64,000 bases of DNA from Octopus vulgaris (lineage: Eukaryota): assembly GCA_951406725.2 (NCBI GenBank), contig OX597814.1, forward strand, positions 162,068,001 through 162,132,000. Reading direction: 5' to 3'. The translations under genes were made by a program, and so were the position numbers. Positions 1 to 14,900 of the stretch are shown here, in pieces. The notes beneath the pieces are model-generated. The model saw only the letters and a program-made list of their open reading frames with translations. It searched no databases and was not told the DNA's origin. How positions within the stretch are numbered: the stretch's first letter is position 1; every line of letters starts with the position of its first letter.

Positions 1-152
1 ATCATACATACTGTCGTTAGGAAGGGCATCCAGCCATAGAAACACTGCCAGATCTGACTGGGCCTGACGAAGCCTTCCAGCTTCACAGACCTCAGTTGAA
101 CCGCCCAACCCATGCTAGCATGGAAAGCGGACGCTAAATGATGATGATGATG
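1..152 (+). mobile_element. 3' part of (GAT)n-tailed retroposon
   Basis: gttaggaagggcatccagcc...cccatgctagcatggaaagcggacgctaaatgatgatgatgatg. Confidence 0.85.
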
Positions 153-1468
153 TCCCCATTTTATGGTTCACTCCAAGCCTGTCCCTTTTTTGACTTCTTA
201 CAAACACTCTTATTTTATAAGGCAATTTCTGAACAATAGCATTATTATAGTTATGTTTCTAGTTAATGACTCATTGTATTTCTAATGGCAAAAGTGTCAA
301 TAGAATTAGTGTCGAACCTGATGCAAAGCATTTATTTAGTCTGTAAATTTGCACTTTTTTTTTTACCTCTTTTGCCAGTGTTTATATTCTAGGCAGATAA
401 TAGAATTAATGAAAGATACACACATGCTTAAATAATTGCATGCATTTATATTTGTCCAGTGAACTTCTGTGCAGTTTCCTTCTGCTGAATTCCACTTGTC
501 TATTATTAGCATTCAACCTGACGTTATGGTAGAAAACATTTGCCTCAAGTACTGCACTGGGATTGAACCTGGGGCCTTGAAGTAAGCCTTTTAACCACAC
601 AATGTTTTTCATTGGGTGCCATTTTTGTCTCTTTAGATCTTTTACTTCCTTTCTTAGAACTGACATCTGGTAACCAACTACAACAATTCAACTTAGCAAT
701 AAGTATTCAATATAAACATAAACTATACTAATTTTACTGAGCTGTAGATACAAGCATGGCTTGTAGGGTTAAAAAGTTTGCTTTGTAAACTACAAAGTGC
801 AAGGTTGATCCCATTGTAAATACACCTCTGGCATTTGTCTTCTACCATTTTCTTGATTAGTGGAAATTGAGCAGATGTACATGGTTTGTGAGTGAGTATC
901 TACGAGCAAAAGATATAAGCATTGGCAAGAGACACTCCTTTGTCTCTTGCACTATCAGAAATGCAATCAACCAGTAACTGACCTATTGCAACTCTGAAGT
1001 TTAGGATGCTGTTCAACTTCAATGTAAAACCATCTCACATCTCTGGTGCTTGATGGTTTCATGTGGGTGTATTTTCTACCTTGCTTTCTTGACTTAATAA
1101 ATGAAGCATTTTTCTACACCCGTTTGGTTTTGACAGATGTATGAATTTGGATATTGGCATGAATTATTGAATGTGTTATTTCTTACAAAGTTTTATAACA
1201 TAGCTGTTGTTTTAGGTATATACATTTCTGTTTAAAATCTCATTTTAATTTTTCTATTTATTAACGTAGGCTGAAATCATAAAACAAGTGCTGGAATACT
1301 GACTGCTTGTTCATGGAATCATTCAGATTTTGTTACTGTTCTCATTATGTTGTATGCTTAAGCATAGTACTATTTTCTTGTGTACTTTGCTGAAAAATAC
1401 GTCTGAATCCACTCTAATTTGTAAAACTAACTTTTTTAATGGAAGTGTTCTGTGAAATACTTAACATA

Positions 1469-1745
1469 GGCACATGTGGCTGTGTGGTAAGAAGCTTGCT
1501 TCCCAACCACATCATTCTGGGTTCAGTCCCACTGTGTGGAACATTGGGCAAGTGTCTTCTATAGCCTCAGGCCAACCACATTCTTGTGAGTGGATTTGTT
1601 AGACAAACTGAAAGAAGCCCATCGTATGTGTGTGTCCTGTGTTTGTCCCCATAACTTAGTACTGGGATCAATTCATTTAACTAAAAATTCTTCAGGGTGG
1701 TACCTCAGCATGGCCTCAGTCTCATGGATAAACTCTAAAATGGTT
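1469..1745 (+). mobile_element. tRNA-derived SINE, same family as 50018-50440
   Basis: gtggctgtgtggtaagaagcttgcttcccaaccac...gggttcagtcccactg...gggcaagtgtcttct. Confidence 0.85.
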
Positions 1746-2349
1746 ATAAATGAGGTAATTTACAAGACTTTTTGCATTGGTTAAAACTGTTTATAAATCA
1801 ATTGTCCAAGAATATCACAAACTATCTCTTTAATATTTAGTATAAATAGCTAACAAATATAAAGGGCAATAATTTGATCTTATAGATCTATATATGTTGT
1901 TATTATTGTAACTACTTTCCTACTAGAAACAAATTTAAATGATTATGCTATGTAATTTTTCTCTGTTAAACACAAGTATCCAAGGAATCTAGCAGTGACG
2001 TGTATTGGCAAAAACCAATTTTAAGTGTCATGGGAAGTGAATTCTAACCATTCTTCTGCGTCAGAATTTTCTCTTTACATCTCATTAATGTTTCATCTGT
2101 TTGTATAATCCAGTCTTATACGAAGTTCTTTAACACATCTCTGAAAAACCGTAACCTCCTTTATCTGCAAACTCTTATAGACTTCATTCTAAAAAAAAGA
2201 AGTTTTTTTTTTTTTGTTTTATTTCAAACTTTGATGTTAAAAAGTATTCATGATATAATTTTTATTTTCAATATTACTGAATGATTCAGCTTTTGATCAA
2301 TTTTTTTTTTTAATGGTCTGTTGACATTAAACATTATTTCATGGAGTTA

Positions 2350-2540
2350 AGGTGGTAAGCTGGCAAAATGCTTAGCAGCGTTTCATCCATCTATTCTGAA
2401 TTCTAATTTCACTGGGGTTGACTAGCCTTTCATCCTTTCACGGTTGATAAAATAAGTACCAGTTGAGCACTAGAGTTGGTGTAATTGACTTAGCCCCACC
2501 TCTGAAATTGCTAGCCTTGTGCCAAAGTTTGAAACCAATA
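2350..2540 (+). mobile_element. Decayed SINE with Nin-domain-like core
   Basis: agctggcaaaa...gcctttcatcctttcacggttgataaaataagtaccagttgagcact. Confidence 0.8.
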
Positions 2541-4382
2541 TTACTTGAGCGTGTTTGAAATTTTTTATGAGTTTGTGTTGGAATTAGAGTGTATTTGTGG
2601 TGAGCTGTGTTCTTGATGTTATAATCATTTATATATTAGTTTCATGGATTTCTTGTTGTTGTCAAATTGTACTTGTTAGTGTATTTTTATATAATTAGTT
2701 TTACATGGTTCTGCTTTTGTTTCTTACAAGTATCTTTCTGTAACTTTAAAGCTCTGAAAACCAAAGTTTTTAGAAGCAGTTTTCATATGATGTAAATGAG
2801 ATGGAAGGAGAAGGTGAAACATTGATTTTTATCATGAAGTAACCTCAGAAGACTTACTAGATCCTAGCTTATGATGTAGGGCAGGAACACACACATACAC
2901 ATACTCTCCCTCCCGCTCTCTCATACATAATGTTATTGGCTGAAAAGAGCAGGTGACCAAATATATAAATTTCTTTGGAGCTCTTTTAAATTGATATTAA
3001 ATAAAACTCTATCAATAGTATAGATGCACCAGGAATTTAGCTTGTGCATAGATATTAATTCTGGTTGCTTTCATGCCATATTTTACTGTTGCCAGTGGAT
3101 TTGTTAGATCTAAAGCTAAATTTAGTAGTTATTGAAAAGCAAGTTTGTGTCTAAATAAAGTATCTGGTTTTATAACCCATGACATAAATTCTTCGAATAA
3201 GTAGTTTAATTGTATAAAATTAGTGAGATTGAACGTTTTACCATTCTTTCGCATATCAGCATCCCACATATTATAGAATTGATGCATTCCTGAAAATCTT
3301 ACATTCATGTAATATGGAAGTCAATGGAAAAGGGTTTGCATTACAGAATTCTTTGACGCAAAAAGATTTTCAGGAACACGTACCTTCCATAATGTGAAGG
3401 ATCCTTGTTTGTTTACTCATATATGAATGTAAAGTTAGGTAAATCAGGAATAGTAAAAACTTTAGACTGTGAAAGATAGTTGTATAGATACACAAACATG
3501 GCCATGTGGTTAAGCAGTTCTTTTTGCAACCACGTGGATACGGTTTAGTCCCACTATATTGCACATTGGACATAGGCAAGTGTCTATTACCATAGCCCTA
3601 GGCCAGTTCTTTGTGAGTTAATTGGTACAAGGAAACTAGTTAGTCCATTGTCTTTGTATGTGTGTGTGAAAATGCATGAGTGTTGATATTTTGCTTGTTG
3701 TTATATGAATAAAGTGATGACTTGTCTCTCTGTATTTGTGGAATAGGGGAAAATCTTTTACTTGAAAAAGAAATTGGTTGGCAACTAGAGAAACTGGCTA
3801 TTAAAAGTCTTTGAATTCTTGTCCAAGCCATACAAGCATAGAAAAATGGATGTTAACAAATGAATGAACATAATGCATACATCTCATCCGAATTTTGTAT
3901 CTACTTTTGTGTGTGTTGTGTGTTTGTCATACACCACACTGGTTTGTCTACACCTACCATATTATGACTTCTTAAGATTTTTTTGCATGTTAGAGGGAAA
4001 AGAGGTCAGTCCTGCTGTATTTCTTGGAAGAAACAAACACTGACTGGTAGCTTTTCCAGCCTTCTTGGAGTACTGCATAGCTGATTCTGTTAGAGTAAGA
4101 GAGAAAAAAAAAAAGTCCTAGTACATGGGTTGGATGCTAAAAGGAATATTTGAACTTACAATGTACAATCTGGAACAATATTACTGCAACGTTTTTGCTG
4201 AATTCGCTTATGATTCTTCCAATCAACTGCTTTGTGTGTTTGTGTAGGTATGGGTTTGTGTATTTAGTCAGTCTAATTATCTGTGAAATTGGTTGTTACA
4301 AAAATATGTTTTGTAGGGAGAATAAGGCAAGTGAAAAATGTTCAGCAAACCATTATCTCTCTTGACAACAAAGTGTTATTAC

Positions 4383-4638
4383 CAGGGCTGTGGTGTCAAA
4401 ACAAAAAACTTCGACTCTGACTCCTCTACTATTGGCACCTCCGACTACTCTTTATGTAATTGATTGGGTTTACATATCCCTTAAAGCATATGCATTCACT
4501 TGTACTTTGAGTATGCCTATATGTTATAACTGGTTTATATTAAAGAATAAAGATATTGTGAGTCGGAATTGATATAGTTTTACCGATTCCGTCTCCAGTT
4601 ATTCCTTAATTGTTTCTGACTCCAACTCCACGGGCCTG
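4383..4638. mobile_element. hAT-type MITE
   Basis: TIRs cagggctgtgg / ccacgggcctg; subterminal gactcc-like repeats; exact 8-bp TSD gttattac at 4375-4382 and 4639-4646. Confidence 0.85.
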
Positions 4639-7600
4639 GTTATTACATGAAACTTCAGTTAGCCAATCAGATAGATTTTTCTGTATAGAGAGATTTTATC
4701 CAGGTTGATTCATCTTAACTGATAATGTCTTTCAAAATTCTTTTCCACTCATATTCATTTACATATGACATTGTACTCTTTTGTAATGAAATTTTCACTC
4801 AGACTGTTTGTAAACTTTTAAGTTTTCATGGCTGAAGAAAAATTAGTTTAATTCTAAGTTTAGTTTACATATATTTCCATTGTTTATTCTCTATCAACAG
4901 TAGGGGAACTGAATCGATATGCCACAGTTATAAAATCATTGATACTCAAAGCTTGCCCTTATCATTTTTGTGTGTATGGGTGCCTTAGGTAAAAACACAT
5001 TTATCAAAGCTTGTGCTGTTGTTTAGCCTCAGTTGAGCACTGGTAGAGTAAACTTACGATCAAAAAGTGTTTCAGTTGTTGTTCTCCCTCCCCACCTCTC
5101 TTTCTCTCATTGAAAGCATATCTACTACTACAAATGTCTGCTTGCTAATACCTTCAGTGCCTGCTTAGAGCAGCAGTGTACAGCCTATGGGTTGCATTAT
5201 TCTGAAAGAGTTGTGGAGATAAAAATCTTTCACTTTTGTAATTTTTGATAAAACATAAAATGTTCTGGAGAAAAATACTTTTTGCTGCAAAGACTGAAGA
5301 ATTTTTCTGTGAAGAAAATTATGAAATGCTAATGTGTGTCTGTTGTATATGTATACTGTATATAACTTAGGTGTTTAGAAAACAGTTGCAATTGATGTTG
5401 ATTTGCTTAAATGGGTTGCAGTGGTGCGGCTTGTATGTTAGAGGTTGGTTCACTGTAAAAATATATAATTGTAGGCATCAACAGTTTATTCTTGTAATTG
5501 GCAGATTTTGTCATCCTCTTTTGGTAATGGCTTCTTGGTATTTTGAGCATTCTTCTATTTTGAACATCTGTAGTAAATGATTGTATGTTAATAACAAAGT
5601 GCCTTTGTCTTTAAGTGAAGAAACACTGAAAAAGTACTAAAATAGGGGAGTTGTAATTGATTGTAGCATAGTTGAAATTAAATTCCAATTCATAAGTCCT
5701 CTGACCCCAACTATTCATAGTGTAGATATTTTGAGATTAGAAAAAAGCACTCTGCATACTGTTTCACAGATATATCAAATTTTAGACGTCTTATGTTAAG
5801 TTGGCTTTTCAGGAATATTTTACAGATAAGTCTGCTTTTGAATGCAACAGAAAATTTTCTTCCGGGAAAATATACTGCAAATTCTTTGTCTATTGTTACA
5901 AGAACTAGGGGTTTATGGACAGAATTCCTGCATAAACCTTTTTTTTTTTTCTTCGTAATTTCTGACATTAAAATTCATGTGTATCTAACTTTTTAGATAC
6001 ATGTTATTGTTGTTTTTAACATGCACTTTTCTATGCTTGCATTGGTTGGGTGGAATTTGTTGAGGTAGATTTTCTACTGCCAGATGCCCATCTTGTCACC
6101 AACCTTCACCTGTTCCGAAGTGAGGTGATATTTCCTCATGACCACATATTTTTATGTAAGATTGGAAATGAATGACACCACTTTCGTAAGAAGTGAAGGC
6201 AAGGCTGGGACATATAGGCACACACACACACACACTCTCTCATGTGTGATGTGTTTCTTTCAGTTTCTGTCTACCAAATGCATTCACAAGGCTTTCATCA
6301 GTTCAGGGCTACAATAGAAGACACCTGTCCGAGGTTCTACACAGTGGTATGAAACTTTAACCTTTTGGTTGGTTTAGCAACTAAACAGTTATGCCTGCAC
6401 CTCAAAGTTAAGCAAATAGAAACAGTTGTGAATGTGTTCTTCATCATTAATTTTGTTGTTTTTCAATTTTTTTTTTTTCATTTTTTTTTCTATACTTGCA
6501 TTAAATTAGCTTACAGTATTGCAACACTTGTCACTGTCATTTTTCATCTGGCAAACCAACAACAAAGTCATCAAGTGATGGATGGTGTGTCTTATCATTT
6601 ATCATTTCTTTCTACTCCTTGCTGATGTCATAGATTCAATAGTTCAACAGGATTTAACAGGTCAGAGGATCACATCTTGTTTCAGTTCTGGCTTAGTTTC
6701 TATGGTTGGATGCTCATCTAACACAGCATACATTCTTTTCATGGCACTAGCATTATAGAGGTTGTCTTGCCCACAACAAAACTAAAGGTATCCCTTAAAA
6801 CTTTGTGTTGTTTTTGCTTCATTTACCAACCACTTTATAGAGTGCTTTTTTTTTTCATGCACTAATAGTCATGAAATCACCTTGTAACTCTGAGGGTGAA
6901 AGTGCATTAATAGACAGTGATGATATTTGGTGAGGTGCTGTTAGAAGTTACAGTATGATGGAAGGAATGGATTTGTTGTGGAGAGAGTTGCGGGGTGGGG
7001 GTGGGGGCTGAGGAGAGCACAGAGAGAATGGTGAGTGAAGTTTGCAAGACTGAAATACCACCCCTCTGCATTTGAGCATCATGATTTAGAAGACTAGAGA
7101 AAGAAGGGTAGCAGGGTATGTATAGGTTGGGTGGCATGGTATTATGTGTAGAGGAAGAGATGAAGAAATTGAGGATATAAGGTATAGAAAGAGCTGAGGA
7201 TGCAGTAAGTACACATAGAATATTTTCATGGCAATTATGAGTGGCTTAGTATGATTAGTAGAATGTGTGTATACATATACACAGATTTTTGCATGTTACT
7301 TTAATTAAATAGCACCCTTTCTGTTATCACTCACTTAACAGCATGGACTGAGTCCATTTTATTGTGCATTGCACCAAAGAGGTGGTTTTTCAGGTCTAAA
7401 GAAGCTCCTCAACTATCATTCTTGAATTTAATATTTTATAAAGATATCAACACATATGTTGAATCACTGTTTTAAACTCAAATTCAACCACAATGCAATC
7501 TCACTTGCATGTAAAACCTTGAGAAACTGACCATTTTTAGAATTTACTTGTTATATTGATATAAAAATATAGTCTGTAACTTAGAGCAAACTCATTGAAT

Positions 7601-7879
7601 CATTTACAGCGTTAGGTGTGGTTGAACATAAAAATTGTCTCCATTATGTAGGCAGAGAGGTTGGAGTTGCAAATATTCTTGGGCAGTCTTTTTAGCACTG
7701 AATAGGAGATATTTAGGGTTTGAAAAGTTACAAAAGAAGTTCTCATGTTTGGTGCTGAGAAGGGGTGGCTATGCTATCCTCCAACATATACTACAATATG
7801 TAATCCAAAGTAAATAGATAAAATATTCTAAAGTTTACTTCCTTTTACATGTATGTGTAGGACCACTCATGGCTTTCTG

Positions 7880-8220
7880 GTTAACTTTGCAACCACATGG
7901 TTTCAAGTTCAGTCTCACTGCATGGCATCATGGGCCAATGTCTTCTACTGAGCCCCCTAGTGTACCAGTGCCTTGTGACTGAATTCAGTAAATGGAAAAT
8001 GTTTAGAATCCTGTTCTGTGTATGTGCGTGCATGCATGCATGCATCTTTGTTTGTTGCTCTCTACTTGACAACTGATATTAGTTTGTTCACGTCTGTGTA
8101 ACTTAGTGGTTCATGAAAAAGAGAAACTGATAGAGTATCAGGCAAAAATAAGCACCAGGGGTTGATTTGGTTAACTAAACTCAGGTTAGTGCCCCAACAT
8201 GTCTATAGTCCAATGACTGT
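7880..8220 (+). mobile_element. Decayed tRNA-derived SINE, same family as 50018-50440
   Basis: caaccacatggtttcaagttcagtctcactg...ccccaacatg...aatgactg. Confidence 0.75.
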
Positions 8221-8798
8221 AAAAGAGAGAGAGAATGTGTGTGTGTGTTTTAATAAAAATTGCTTATCTTGTCTTCATCTTCCATCCATTCCATCAATAT
8301 TTCTCAGATATTCTTTCAGAGTTGCCATTTTTAAAGTACAATTCTTAGACTTGTGGGCAGTGCTACATACATGAAATATAAATAGAAATATGATTAGCAT
8401 AGTTTTATCTTTCAGAAGTCAATAACCATTTAACCATTTGTACAACTTGCTCTCTGACCTGTTGCTGATATAACATAGTTGCAAACTGGCAGCAACAGTT
8501 TGAGTTATGATTTACAATTTGTAAACTGATTCCTGATCACAATTGGGTTTTGCTGTTCTACTTCCTACTTCAAGTTCTTTACCTTTTAGTCTGAATCCAG
8601 AACATTACTTTGTATATAATTACTGTAATAAAATAGATAATGTTCCTAGCTTGCTCATCCGATATCCTTTATTGTTAACTTGTGTTCCCTAGATAATTTT
8701 AAACAATTTGATACTTTCCCATAATTTCAATGTGAGTGTAAAAAATGTAAAAATTTGGGTTAAAAATTGAAATAATATTTTATTTCCTTTCATTTTAG

Positions 8799-8933
8799 AT
8801 TCGGGTTGATAATTTCGACTACATTGGTGTTGGTAATTCAACAAACAAAAAAGATTCCCAAGCAAATGCTGCTAGGGATTTTGTCCAGTTCTTAGTTCGG
8901 CAGGGACAGGTCCAACAATCAGAAGTGCCTACT
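8799..8933 (+). CDS. DHX9: DHX9 exon (dsRBD1 C-terminal part)
   Basis: ttttag|[45 protein letters not shown]|gtaagt. Confidence 0.95.
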
Positions 8934-11900
8934 GTAAGTACATATCTGGTCTTCAGTCTTTTAGAAAACTTTAAAAAAAGTTGTTTTTTAATTAACAATA
9001 TTTGCATCTTAGATATGTCAAGTTTACATTAATATTCTATTATTGTTAGCATTCTTAGAGATGTAGTGTATCTTCACAATTCATTAGGTTGTTTACTATA
9101 TATATAATGTCCATCTTCCATGCAAGCATGAATAGGACTGTTGACAGGAGCTGGCCAGGTAGATGACTACCTTAGGCTACTGTGTCTGTTTTGCAGAGTT
9201 TTTGTTGCTGGATGCCCTTCCTAACACCAACCACTCTACTGAGTGGACCGAGTGTTTTTATGTGGCACCAATGTGTTTATATATAATAATAAATTAATGT
9301 TGATTAACATTTAAGAATTTTCACTGCAAGATCTTCATGTCAACTTCAGAATAGCTTTTAAATAGTTCTGTTTCGCCTGGCACCAGTGCAGGTGGCACGT
9401 AAAAAGCACCCACTACACTCATGGAGTGGTTGGCGTTAGGAAGGGCATCCAGCTGTAGAAACATTGCCAGATGAGACCGGAGCCTGGTGCAGCCTTCTGG
9501 CTTCCCAGATCCCCGGTCGAACCGTCCAACCTATGCTAGCATGGTGAACGGACGTTAAACGATGATGATGATAATATATGAAGAAGCTGTTGACAGAAAT
9601 ATAATATGCATTGCTATTTTGTATTTCACCTCTTCAAAATTGCTATTGTATGATAAATTAATAACTATGTGCATTATTAATGATATAAACTAGAAGACAT
9701 TTAAAAATAAAATTTTAGCTAAGACCATGAATCACAAATAATATGTAATGGTAAAGTACAATTTTATCAATTCCCTTTTGTATTCTTTTATCTTTCAGTT
9801 AACTGTTGGCATGGGTGCTGGGACAGCAGAAACTGTGTCTGGAAATGACACACCTGCAGATGATATGACTGATTCTGGAATATCTTCTGGTGGCTGTAAG
9901 TTAATTCTTTCTATACATTTCGATTTTAGAAAAAAACAGTTTGTTAATGAAGAATTTACTTTAAACAAATATCTTCTTTCTTGATAGCTTTCCCTGGATT
10001 AGACGCTAACAGAGACATTCCTGCTTATCAAAGGGGCCCACCAATGAGTTATTTGGACCGACTTGCAGAAAAAAGGAAATTGGAAGAAGTAATTATTTTT
10101 TTATCATTTTTCTTGATTTTTGCTGTCAGTGTCTACATTAATTTACCATATTTAGTTGAAGTATTGAGTGTGAAGTGGTGGTGGTGGACTTGTTTCATAA
10201 TTGTTCTCTGTTAAGTTTAGGGCAAGTGGAAACATTTTTTTTTAGTTAAGAAGTTTAAATTTGCGACTACATAGTGCCAGGTTCAATCCCTTATGCTGTA
10301 TCTTGTACAAATGCCTTCTACCATAGCCTTGGGCTGATCAATCCTTGTGAGTGAAATTTGGTAGATGGAAACTGGAAATAAATCTGAAGGATAAATCATG
10401 CTAGTACCACTGTCTGACCCTTGGGCGTCTTTAGCAGGTTTGATTGTTTTAAGAATTCAGCACAGTCAGCATTGGTAGCCCTAAAAAAGCTTAGGGTTTT
10501 ATCCTACCTTCTCTGACCAAACCTACAAAAAACAAAAAACAAAAAAAAAGATGCAAATGTTGTGTGAGCTTTGTTTCCTCTTGTATTTGAATAAAATGGA
10601 AGACAAAGATCATATTCATATCAATATAATTTGAAAGTAGCTTTTAATGTGGTTATTTATTATAACTAATAGAAAATATTTCCATGTACAAGAACTTCCA
10701 ATAATGTTTGGCAAAGAAGAATGGATCATTGATAGATAACTATTTCATTTTATAGTAGTCCTGTAGCAATGAAGCAAGAACTAAATGTTTTGATATCTAT
10801 TACCATATTTGTTTAAATACACTTTTGCTTCAGTTAACTCTTAGTCTTAAAAATTAAATAATTTTGCCATTATTAAAATGGGTTTTTTGTAACTTAGATT
10901 TTAACAGAATGTTTTAATTTAGATCATTTTAACCTTTTTGATACTAACCCATCTGAGATTGCCCTCTGGTTCTACATGATGCAAACTCCATGTTTAAAGT
11001 GATCTAAATTAAAAACTTTCATCAAAATGGACTGTTAATTTATGTTCCAAATACCAGCATAATAATGATAGTTATTTTTCTGTTCTTCATTAGTTTCAAA
11101 ATTGAAACAAAAGCAGTGTAACAGAAATATGGAAATGAAAGGGATAGTTTGTATCATAAAACTATAGATGATTTTTGATGGGTTGGTATGAAAAGACTTT
11201 AAAAGCCTTTTATAAAAATTAGAATTATGATGATGATAATGTTATTTTAGAGATGTCAGAAACTAAATATTTAGAAGGTTATATACTGACCTGACGCTAG
11301 TTGCACAAGCTGGTACTGGTTGTTATTTAGAACTAGATTAACCCTGATCAAAGCCTTTCTAAGTTTGAATATCACTTTTTTTCCCTCTGCTCAAACATAT
11401 TAACTATAGAACAATGTTGTCTAATATGTCCTTCCTGTTTTTTAAGACAGTAAAGTGAGATCGAGCAAGTTGAGCAACCATGTAAAGAATCTTTTTTTTT
11501 TTTTTATTCGCTCTTAATGATATTAAGCTTAGATCGTTGATATTTGGAATATCTTTTTCTAAAGATGGGCACATTGCAGTTAGCTGGAATCTGTGATGGA
11601 ACTAATAGATCTTTTTGCATAGAATATAGCACAAGTGAACTCGATCTCAGTTTTCGGTGACATGACACTGCTAATAATAAACCTAATTTACTTATGTTAG
11701 ATATAATTTGGCTATTAGATTTCTCATTACTATTCTGATTTTATTTCTTCAGTCAGAAGATCTTGACTTGAATGCGAGTATTCACGGCAACTGGACACTG
11801 GAAAATGCTAAAAGCAGACTCCATCAATTTCTGCAGCAAAATAAAATACAAGCTGATTATAAATATTCTATGATAGGTCCAGATCATAATCGGTAAGTTA

Positions 11901-14900
11901 AAATGTTGGGTATTGTTTCCTTGTGTTGAATCTCTATTGACTCCTGAAAATTTTATTACTTTTTCATGAAATTTTGGGTTTTAAAGTTCAAAATTCTTAA
12001 ACAGATTTTATTTCATGTGTAAACTACAAACTTAGTATAACTTTTTCAACATTGGAATATATTTACGTATATTATATAGTAGTTACAAGTCATTCACTAG
12101 TATGAGTAAACAGTAAATTTAATGCTTATTTATAATAGCAGTAATTTAGTTAATTATAGTAGTTAGTCTTATATTTTTTCCATCTGATGAAAATGTAAAA
12201 CAAAACAGTTGTACTTTTTTCATGTGTTCTCAATTATATATATACTTTTAAAAATTATTAACTTTGTTTTAATTTTCTCTCTTATAATCACCATTAGCAA
12301 ATGTTAAGAAATACTAAAATAAACATAGTTTACCATCGCTACAAAATTTGCTCTAATTATGCAACTCTAATTTCTGGTTTGACTTAGAATTACATTCGTA
12401 TTATTTTATTTTTAAGTTCCCATATCTCGTTTAAAATTATTGAGGAATACTATCTTTTGCCAATAATTACTTTCTTGTCAAGATTTAAGACCAACTTTGT
12501 CAAAAAATTCTTTATATCTGCTATCTGTTGGTTTGTAGTCTATACTAGATTAATATTTAGTGTTTATTTTGTAATTAGTTAATTGGATTATTACATGATT
12601 TTTAATAGAAATAATTGTAAAATATTCCTCTGATCATTCTTTGGAATTTTTATTGGTGGTGATTTCTTGTAATGGAACTTTTTTTTATATTTAAATAAAG
12701 TATTTTCTGTTAAATGCTTTCAATAAAGTTTGTTTCAGGAAACAATATTTATCTACAATGCTTGGGTCTGCTAAAAGAAAATGCATTATCTGCATGAAAT
12801 ATTTGTGAATGTTTGTGTCATTTTGTGTGTTAAGATTATTTAAATTAAAAAAAAGTTTATGCTCGGTAAGATGTCTTAAGGTACTGGTAATTCTCTAGTT
12901 AACTATTTGACTTGTAATTTTAATCAGATTATTTAGATATAGTTACTGAAAAACACTATATTTCATTTAGGAATTTTATTCTTGGCTTTTTTTTTTTTAA
13001 CTCAATAGCAACTTAATACTTCTGATGCAATTGACTTGCTGTTGATGTTTGTTTAATCTGTTTATTATATATTTTGTAACAAATTATATTTGTAGTTTTA
13101 AAAAGTAAGGCCTAAAACTTAGTTTCTAAAAATGGTGATTAAATTATAATAATTGAATGAATTTAAAAAGAAAAATCTTTTGATCAAGGATTCTTTATTT
13201 GAAAGATTGAAAGTTCAGTTTTTTAAAACAATTTTTCAAAGCTTAGACTAATTAAAGTTTTCTTTTTTAATTGCTTAAATTTGCAAAATATTTCACCATT
13301 AGTCAATTTTGCTTTACAGCTTAAGTAAACAGTTATGAAAAACTGAAAACAAAACAATTTAATGTTCTACATGTTTGTATAGGGGGTTGGCATAGGTGTA
13401 AAGGAATAGAAAGAGAAAATCTTAAAGAACTGTTTTGTGACTACCAATAAGAAGTGGTTCCACTGAATCAATGTATCAACACTAGTTTCAAATGTGTATA
13501 GAGTCTTGCACATATAGATTGTCCTATCTACTTTTCAAATAATGTAAGCAGTTCTGATGAATTTGAATGTAATTATTTTCTCTTGTAAAGACATCCCTAA
13601 ACTAATACATAACAGTCTTTATGTTTATCTTTTACTCATATTCTATTAGTCTCCTTTATTTTGGTCATCACTAGCAACTACCTTCACACATTTGTGTTAA
13701 CACTACATCTTGAATAAAATTAACTTGGTGTTTTTTTGTTATTTTCTAAGACAGGAGTGTTATAATTATAGAATATTAAATTATCACTACTGTAAAAGTA
13801 GTGTTAATTTTATGTTCTTTTATATTTGTAAATCAGTGTTAAATTCTCTTGTTCCAGTAGACTCCTTGTTAAACCTTAAATTGATATTACATCCTAGTAA
13901 CTCAGATGTTTGTATTTTTTAAAGATTTTTTACATTGTTGTTGTTGTTTGTTCAACTGGTTTAATTGGCTTGTTTCAATACATGCTTTTTTTAATACTAT
14001 AAATGAATAGATTTAGATTATTTATTCTCTAGCTGTTTGGTAGGTTACAACATCTCTACCTTTGGTAAGAAGCATGTCTAATTGTTGTTAGTGATGCTGT
14101 TAGTTTTGCTGTTTACACCTTGGTGCTGCTGTGCTGTCTGACCTGATATTTGCTAGACAACGCCTGCTTGCGTGGCTTTTTTCTATTAAAATGTAATAGA
14201 ACTGAAATGACTACAGCTGCAAATAGCTAAAATGTAATTCGTCAGATTTACTGTTTGTTATACTCCTCTTTATTCATGTTGATAATAAACCAATATGAAG
14301 CATTTAATTTATTAAATATATAGAATATACAAGTGAAAGTTTGTATATTGATAGGAATAGTAGGCTTTCTGACATTTTCTCAAAATTCTTCTGGCTTTCA
14401 GTGTTGCTATAATTTCTATAATTTAACGGGTTTAATAATGTAAGAAAGAAAGGTATTTTATTCTATTTATTCTATATAATTCAGTATTAACTTTCATTAT
14501 TTAATAAGATTACAATCATGATTTGCCAGAATGATGGATCAGTGGACTAGCTTTCTTGGTAGGTGATACTTTAAAGCATTTGGGGTATAATAATGGGTAA
14601 AATGTTTTTATTTAATGATGTAATAAATGTTAATTGTAATTTAAGTTGGTAATTTACATATGATATGGAATAGTCAAGCCAGTTACTGGTATTGTAATGT
14701 AAAATCAAAATAGGAATATTTTTTCATAAAGATACATTCTCAATTAATGTTAATATGAAAGAAAACATATTGTGTTGATGTAAAATTAGGATAAGAATGT
14801 GTTGCAATTTCTGGAATTAATGTTGACTAAGGACTATATTTCAGTACTTTTGTCACATATAATTGAAACTTTATTACTACTTTAGAAAAAAAATTATACC

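Noticed and set aside
1-8798. Search for the DHX9 start-codon exon and promoter
   Set aside because: No dsRBD1 N-terminal coding segment or promoter-like island recognised; region looks intronic and repeat-rich.
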